Of a DNA stretch of 40,384 nucleotides, positions 36,864 through 40,384 are shown in pieces; the stretch's first letter is position 1, and each line of letters opens with the position of its first letter. Both the position numbers and the translations under genes were made by a program. The notes under the pieces are model-generated. The model worked only from the letters and a program-made list of their open reading frames with translations, was not told where the DNA came from and made no database searches. This DNA comes from Chloroflexota bacterium (GTDB taxonomy: Bacteria > Chloroflexota > Dehalococcoidia > GIF9 > UBA5629): the NCBI GenBank assembly GCA_020354105.1, contig CP070642.1:1670691-1711074 (forward strand), in the 5' to 3' direction.

Positions 36864-37175
36864 ATGAATATTAGAAAGAATGACACGGTTCTTGTTATTG
36901 CTGGCAAAGACAGAGGGAAGAAGGGTAAGGTACGAAAGGCTTTACCTAAAAAAGATAAGGTAATAGTTGAAGGCGTTAATATGATTAAGCGCCATTCTCG
37001 AGCTCGTCGTGAAGCTAGGCAGGCTGGCATAATTGAGCTAGAAGCACCACTGGATATTTCAAATGTGATGTTAATTTGTAACAAATGTAACAAACCGGCT
37101 CGGGTTGGTTTCCGTTTCCTTGCTGATGGTAGAAAGGCGCGATTTTGCCGCTCCTGCCATGAAGTTATTGATTAG
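36864..37175 (+). CDS. rplX: Ribosomal protein L24 (form with CxxC...CxxC zinc-ribbon-like motif)
   Basis: 103 aa. [22 protein letters not shown] motif. CNKCNK...RFCRSC near the C-terminus, as in Thermus-type L24. Confidence 0.93.
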   Translation: MNIRKNDTVLVIAGKDRGKKGKVRKALPKKDKVIVEGVNMIKRHSRARREARQAGIIELEAPLDISNVMLICNKCNKPARVGFRFLADGRKARFCRSCHEVID

Positions 37176-37192
37176 TGGAAAGGCGTATTTTG

Positions 37193-37738
37193 ATGATGTC
37201 CCGGTTGAAGGAAAGATATGAAAAAGAAGTAGTGCCCGAGCTAATGCGTAAGTTTGGGTATAAGAATGTAATGCAGGTGCCACGGCTTAATAAAATCGTG
37301 TTGAATATCGGCTTAGGCGAAGCGATACAAAATCCTAAGGCCTTAGAAGGGGCTGAGAAGGATTTTGTGGCTATTGCGGGACAGCATCCAGTAATAACGC
37401 GAGCCAAGAAGTCTATTGCTGCCTTTAAACTCAGAGCGGGCATGCCTATAGGCATGATGGTGACATTGCGAGGCAGGCGAATGTATGACTTCTTTGATAA
37501 ACTGGTCAGCGTTGTTTTGGCGCGAATCAGGGATTTTCAGGGAATACCCCGCGATTCGTTTGATGGTGAGGGCAACTATACCTTGGGAATTAAAGAGCAG
37601 GTGGTTTTCCCTGAGATTGACTATGACAAAGTAGATAAGTTACGGGGGTTTGAAATTATTATCGTTACCACTGCAGCTAGCAATGAAGAAGGCAGGAGCT
37701 TACTTGAGTCTATGGGCATGCCTTTTAGAAGGAGTTAA
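37193..37738 (+). CDS. rplE: Ribosomal protein L5
   Basis: [40 protein letters not shown]. Start placed at ATG 37193 (GGAAAGG 9 nt upstream) rather than the track's GTG 37175. ATG 37196 is equally possible. Confidence 0.93.
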   Translation: MMSRLKERYEKEVVPELMRKFGYKNVMQVPRLNKIVLNIGLGEAIQNPKALEGAEKDFVAIAGQHPVITRAKKSIAAFKLRAGMPIGMMVTLRGRRMYDFFDKLVSVVLARIRDFQGIPRDSFDGEGNYTLGIKEQVVFPEIDYDKVDKLRGFEIIIVTTAASNEEGRSLLESMGMPFRRS

Positions 37739-37750
37739 TTTCTCGGTAAA

Positions 37751-37936
37751 ATGGCAAAGCTATCTAAAGTTTTAAAATCTCAACGCCCTCCGAAGTACAG
37801 GGTGCAGCAGAGAAACAGATGCAAATTGTGTGGCAGGCCGCGTGCCTATATACGTAAATTCGGTTTGTGCCGTATTTGCTTTAGACAGCTGGCCCTAAGA
37901 GGTGAAATTCCTGGGGTTAGAAAATCAAGCTGGTGA
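37751..37936 (+). CDS. rpsN: Ribosomal protein S14, short zinc-binding type Z
   Basis: 61 aa. [20 protein letters not shown] (CxxC-x12-CxxC) and a C-terminal KSSW. Confidence 0.93.
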   Translation: MAKLSKVLKSQRPPKYRVQQRNRCKLCGRPRAYIRKFGLCRICFRQLALRGEIPGVRKSSW

Positions 37937-37961
37937 TTGAAAGTGCTGGAGGCATAAGTTA

Positions 37962-38354
37962 ATGGTTACTGACCCAATTGCTGATATGTTAACTCGAATT
38001 CGCAACGCAATCATGGCGCATCATGACAGCGTGCTTGTGCCGGCATCTAGGATTAAGCTTTCTATGGCTAAAATACTCAAAGATGAGGGGTTTATAACTG
38101 ATTACACTGTTCTTAGAGGTAAGCCGCAGCGGGTGATTAAAATATCATTAAAGTATATAAATGGACGCCCTGCTCTTGCAGGCTTAGAGAGGGTCAGCAA
38201 GCCAGGTCTTAGACTATATGTTGGCCGCAAGGAGATTCCCCGCGTCTATGGCGGGCTTGGCGTTGCTATTTTGTCTACATCCAAAGGTGTTATGACCGGC
38301 CAGGATGCATGGCGTAGAAATCTCGGTGGTGAATTATTATGTTATGTTTGGTAA
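37962..38354 (+). CDS. rpsH: Ribosomal protein S8
   Basis: 130 aa. [30 protein letters not shown]...A.R...GGE.LCYVW. Confidence 0.95.
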   Translation: MVTDPIADMLTRIRNAIMAHHDSVLVPASRIKLSMAKILKDEGFITDYTVLRGKPQRVIKISLKYINGRPALAGLERVSKPGLRLYVGRKEIPRVYGGLGVAILSTSKGVMTGQDAWRRNLGGELLCYVW

Positions 38355-38376
38355 ATAGATTTTTGGAGGCGATTTT

Positions 38377-38928
38377 GTGTCCCGAATAGGATTGATGCCT
38401 GTACCTGTGCCACAAGGTGTCAAGGTTGATGTTAAGGGCAATGAAGTGACTGTGGAGGGGAGTAAAGGTAAGCTGATGCGCTCATTTCACCCCGATATGT
38501 CTGTTAAGTTTGAGGATGGTAACCTGATAGTGGCGCGGCCTACAGATAATAGAAATCATCGTGCTTTACATGGTTTGACTAGGAGCCTTTTGGCTAACAT
38601 GGTTGAGGGCGTTACTAAGGGTTTTGAAAAGGTTCTAGAATTGAGCGGTGTGGGCTACCGAGCACAGAAAGCCGGCGATAAACTATCGTTGCAGATTGGG
38701 TTCAGTCACCCGGTGGATTTTTCACCACCGGCTGGCATAGAAATTATTGTGGAGGGTACTAACCGGGTTCGGATCGTTGGTATCGATAAGGAGGTTGTGG
38801 GTGAGACAGCGGCTCAAATTAGAGCTATACGGCCTGCGGACTCTTACAAAGGTAAGGGTGTCAGGTATGCCGGAGAGAGGGTTCGTCTCAAACCTGGCAA
38901 AGCGGGCAAGGCGGCAGTGAAAGGATAA
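38377..38928 (+). CDS. rplF: Ribosomal protein L6
   Basis: 183 aa, GTG start 7 nt after GGAGG. SRIG..PV.VP.GV.V......V.V.G.KG, GVGYRA, PYKGKG.RY.GE. Confidence 0.95.
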   Translation: MSRIGLMPVPVPQGVKVDVKGNEVTVEGSKGKLMRSFHPDMSVKFEDGNLIVARPTDNRNHRALHGLTRSLLANMVEGVTKGFEKVLELSGVGYRAQKAGDKLSLQIGFSHPVDFSPPAGIEIIVEGTNRVRIVGIDKEVVGETAAQIRAIRPADSYKGKGVRYAGERVRLKPGKAGKAAVKG

Positions 38929-38934
38929 AAGACG

Positions 38935-39303
38935 TTGGCAGTTAAAACAGATACAAGGTTGGCACGAAAGCGACGTCATATTCGGGTTAGGGCAAAGTTA
39001 AGCGGTACGGCGACGAGGCCAAGGCTTTGCATTTTTCGCAGCCTGAACCATATTTATGCTCAGGTTGTAGACGATTCTGTGGGATATACCCTGGTCTCGG
39101 CGAGCAGTCTGGACGCAGAGATAAGGGACAAAATAGCAGGAAAGAGAAAAACGGAAAGCGCTGAAATGGTCGGCTCTCTTGTGGCTCAGCGCGCCTTGAA
39201 TAAAGGGATTAAGCAGATAGCTTTTGACAGGGGTGGCTATCAGTATCATGGACGAGTTAAAGCTTTGGCGGAAGCTGCTAGAAAAGCTGGCCTAGACTTT
39301 TGA
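38935..39303 (+). CDS. rplR: Ribosomal protein L18
   Basis: 122 aa, TTG start. [47 protein letters not shown]. Confidence 0.93.
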   Translation: MAVKTDTRLARKRRHIRVRAKLSGTATRPRLCIFRSLNHIYAQVVDDSVGYTLVSASSLDAEIRDKIAGKRKTESAEMVGSLVAQRALNKGIKQIAFDRGGYQYHGRVKALAEAARKAGLDF

Positions 39304-39312
39304 GGTTTATAG

Positions 39313-39885
39313 ATGAAAGCAATTAAGAAGCTAATTGAAGAGAGAACCCGAGTTGATGCTAGCGAACTTGACATTAGTGAGAAGCTAGTATCACTAAACC
39401 GGACAACTAAGGTTGTCAAAGGTGGTAAGCGGCTTCATTTTAGGGCACTGGTGGTTGTTGGGGATGGGAATGGGCATGTGGGTGCTGGTTTGGGTAAAGC
39501 TAAGGAGGTACCGGAGGCAATTCGTAAGGCCGGTGTTGTAGCACGGAAAGATCTTTACAAGATAACTATGTCGGGGACTACTATACCGCATGAAATTCTG
39601 GCTAAGTCAGGGGCAGCGAAAGTATTACTTAAACCGGCTGCGCCTGGAACCGGAGTCATTGCTGGTAGTAGAGTTCGCGCAGTGCTTGAAGCTGCAGGCG
39701 TAAAGGATGTTCTAAGCAAATCTCTGGGTAGCCCTAATCCTGTAAATGTGGTTAGAGCGACTGTATTGGCTCTGGCTAGCCTTAAAAATCCTGAAGACGC
39801 CGTAGCAAGGCGCAAAGCCGAGCTTGAGATTAAAGAGGCGGATACGGACACGGATACGGAGACGGAGACCGAGCCAAGTGAATAA
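39313..39885 (+). CDS. rpsE: Ribosomal protein S5 with a Thr/Asp/Glu-repeat C-terminal tail
   Basis: 190 aa. [48 protein letters not shown]. Ends [17 protein letters not shown]. Confidence 0.95.
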   Translation: MKAIKKLIEERTRVDASELDISEKLVSLNRTTKVVKGGKRLHFRALVVVGDGNGHVGAGLGKAKEVPEAIRKAGVVARKDLYKITMSGTTIPHEILAKSGAAKVLLKPAAPGTGVIAGSRVRAVLEAAGVKDVLSKSLGSPNPVNVVRATVLALASLKNPEDAVARRKAELEIKEADTDTDTETETEPSE

Positions 39886-40072
39886 ACTACGCATTAAGTG
39901 GATAAAGAGTGATATTGGATATGCCAGGGGGCAAAGGCGAACCTTGAAGGCCCTGGGCTTTCATCGCCTTAACGAAACGGTGGAACATGAAGACTCCCCT
40001 ACCATTAGAGGAATGATAGCTAAAATCAAGCATTTAGTTAAAGTGGAAGTGGTCACTGATGCAGCAGCATAA
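39878..40072 (+). CDS. rpmD: Ribosomal protein L30
   Basis: 64 aa from GTG 39878 ((M)[56 protein letters not shown]). The track's upstream extension (39824) is Arg-rich out-of-frame read-through of the rpsE tail repeat. Confidence 0.88.
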   Translation: MNKLRIKWIKSDIGYARGQRRTLKALGFHRLNETVEHEDSPTIRGMIAKIKHLVKVEVVTDAAA

Positions 40073-40384
40073 CTTAAAGCCTCCAGCAGGTGCCAAACGC
40101 AACCGAAAACGTGTGGGGCGTGGTGATGGCAGCGGGCATGGCAGTTATTCAGGGCGTGGCTGTAAAGGGCAGAAGTCGCGTTCTGGAGGCGGCGTTCGCC
40201 TTGGTTTTGAGGGAGGCCAGCTCCCTCTAATTAAGCGTTTACCTAGGAAACGCGGCTTCGTTAATATTTTCAGAACTGAATATAGCATAGTTAATGTGGG
40301 CGAGCTAACAAAATTTTCGCCTAATACTGAGGTTACTACAAAAGAGTTATTTGAGGCTGCACTAATTAAGTCTTTTAATCATCC
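40059..40384 (+). CDS. rplO: Ribosomal protein L15, 3' end runs off the window
   Basis: My own translation from ATG 40059: [67 protein letters not shown]..., the canonical L15 signature. Overlaps rpmD by 14 nt. Absent from the ORF track because it is open-ended. Confidence 0.92.
   Translation, partial: MQQHNLKPPAGAKRNRKRVGRGDGSGHGSYSGRGCKGQKSRSGGGVRLGFEGGQLPLIKRLPRKRGFVNIFRTEYSIVNVGELTKFSPNTEVTTKELFEAALIKSFNH

Noticed and set aside
36296-37093. A 265-aa ORF antisense to rpsQ, rplN and rplX.
   Set aside because: It spans three well-supported ribosomal genes and their junctions. It has a Ser/Ile/Leu-rich low-complexity composition, no SD and no recognisable motif. It is a typical shadow ORF opposite highly biased coding sequence.
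39824-39877. The Arg-rich N-terminal extension of the L30 ORF ([18 protein letters not shown]).
   Set aside because: It is the rpsE Thr/Asp/Glu repeat read in another frame. L30 homology begins at GTG 39878.

Overview
About 40 kb of a compact bacterial chromosome that uses the standard genetic code, covering the replication-origin neighbourhood. By motif-level recognition only, I infer a Wood-Ljungdahl anaerobe, possibly Chloroflexota/Dehalococcoidia-like. From left to right: a minus-strand Wood-Ljungdahl cluster that mixes bacterial-type acsE and acsD with archaeal-type cdhA and cdhB; a divergent radical-SAM and acetyl-CoA synthetase pair; L25/Ctc; a minus-strand TPR-gyrA-marC-phosphoesterase-hydrolase string; nifU-like; lysC with an ApgM-like proposed homoserine kinase; tRNA-Pro(CGG); mazG; a Zn-peptidase; fmt; dnaA with a DnaA-box and AT-rich region that I call oriC; obg; nadD; gyrB; a four-gene Cys-rich Fe-S operon of unknown function; and a fused str/S10/spc ribosomal super-operon running from rpsL to rplO (3' partial). 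There are no CRISPR arrays, IS elements, integrases, toxin-antitoxin pairs or recognisable defence genes, so most of the window is core genome. The items most worth a second look are: (1) an in-frame TAG inside the otherwise intact essential gyrA, at a universally conserved Leu; (2) a 31-codon bS22-like ribosomal micro-ORF between rplW and rplB that the ORF track missed; (3) the uncharacterised Fe-S operon at 26.0-28.0 kb, which shares a palindromic back-to-back promoter region with rpsL and is the only candidate for a novel system; (4) acidic low-complexity C-terminal tails on S12, L25 and S5; (5) the hybrid bacterial/archaeal CODH/ACS gene set. All homology statements come from my memory of family motifs. 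No searches were run.
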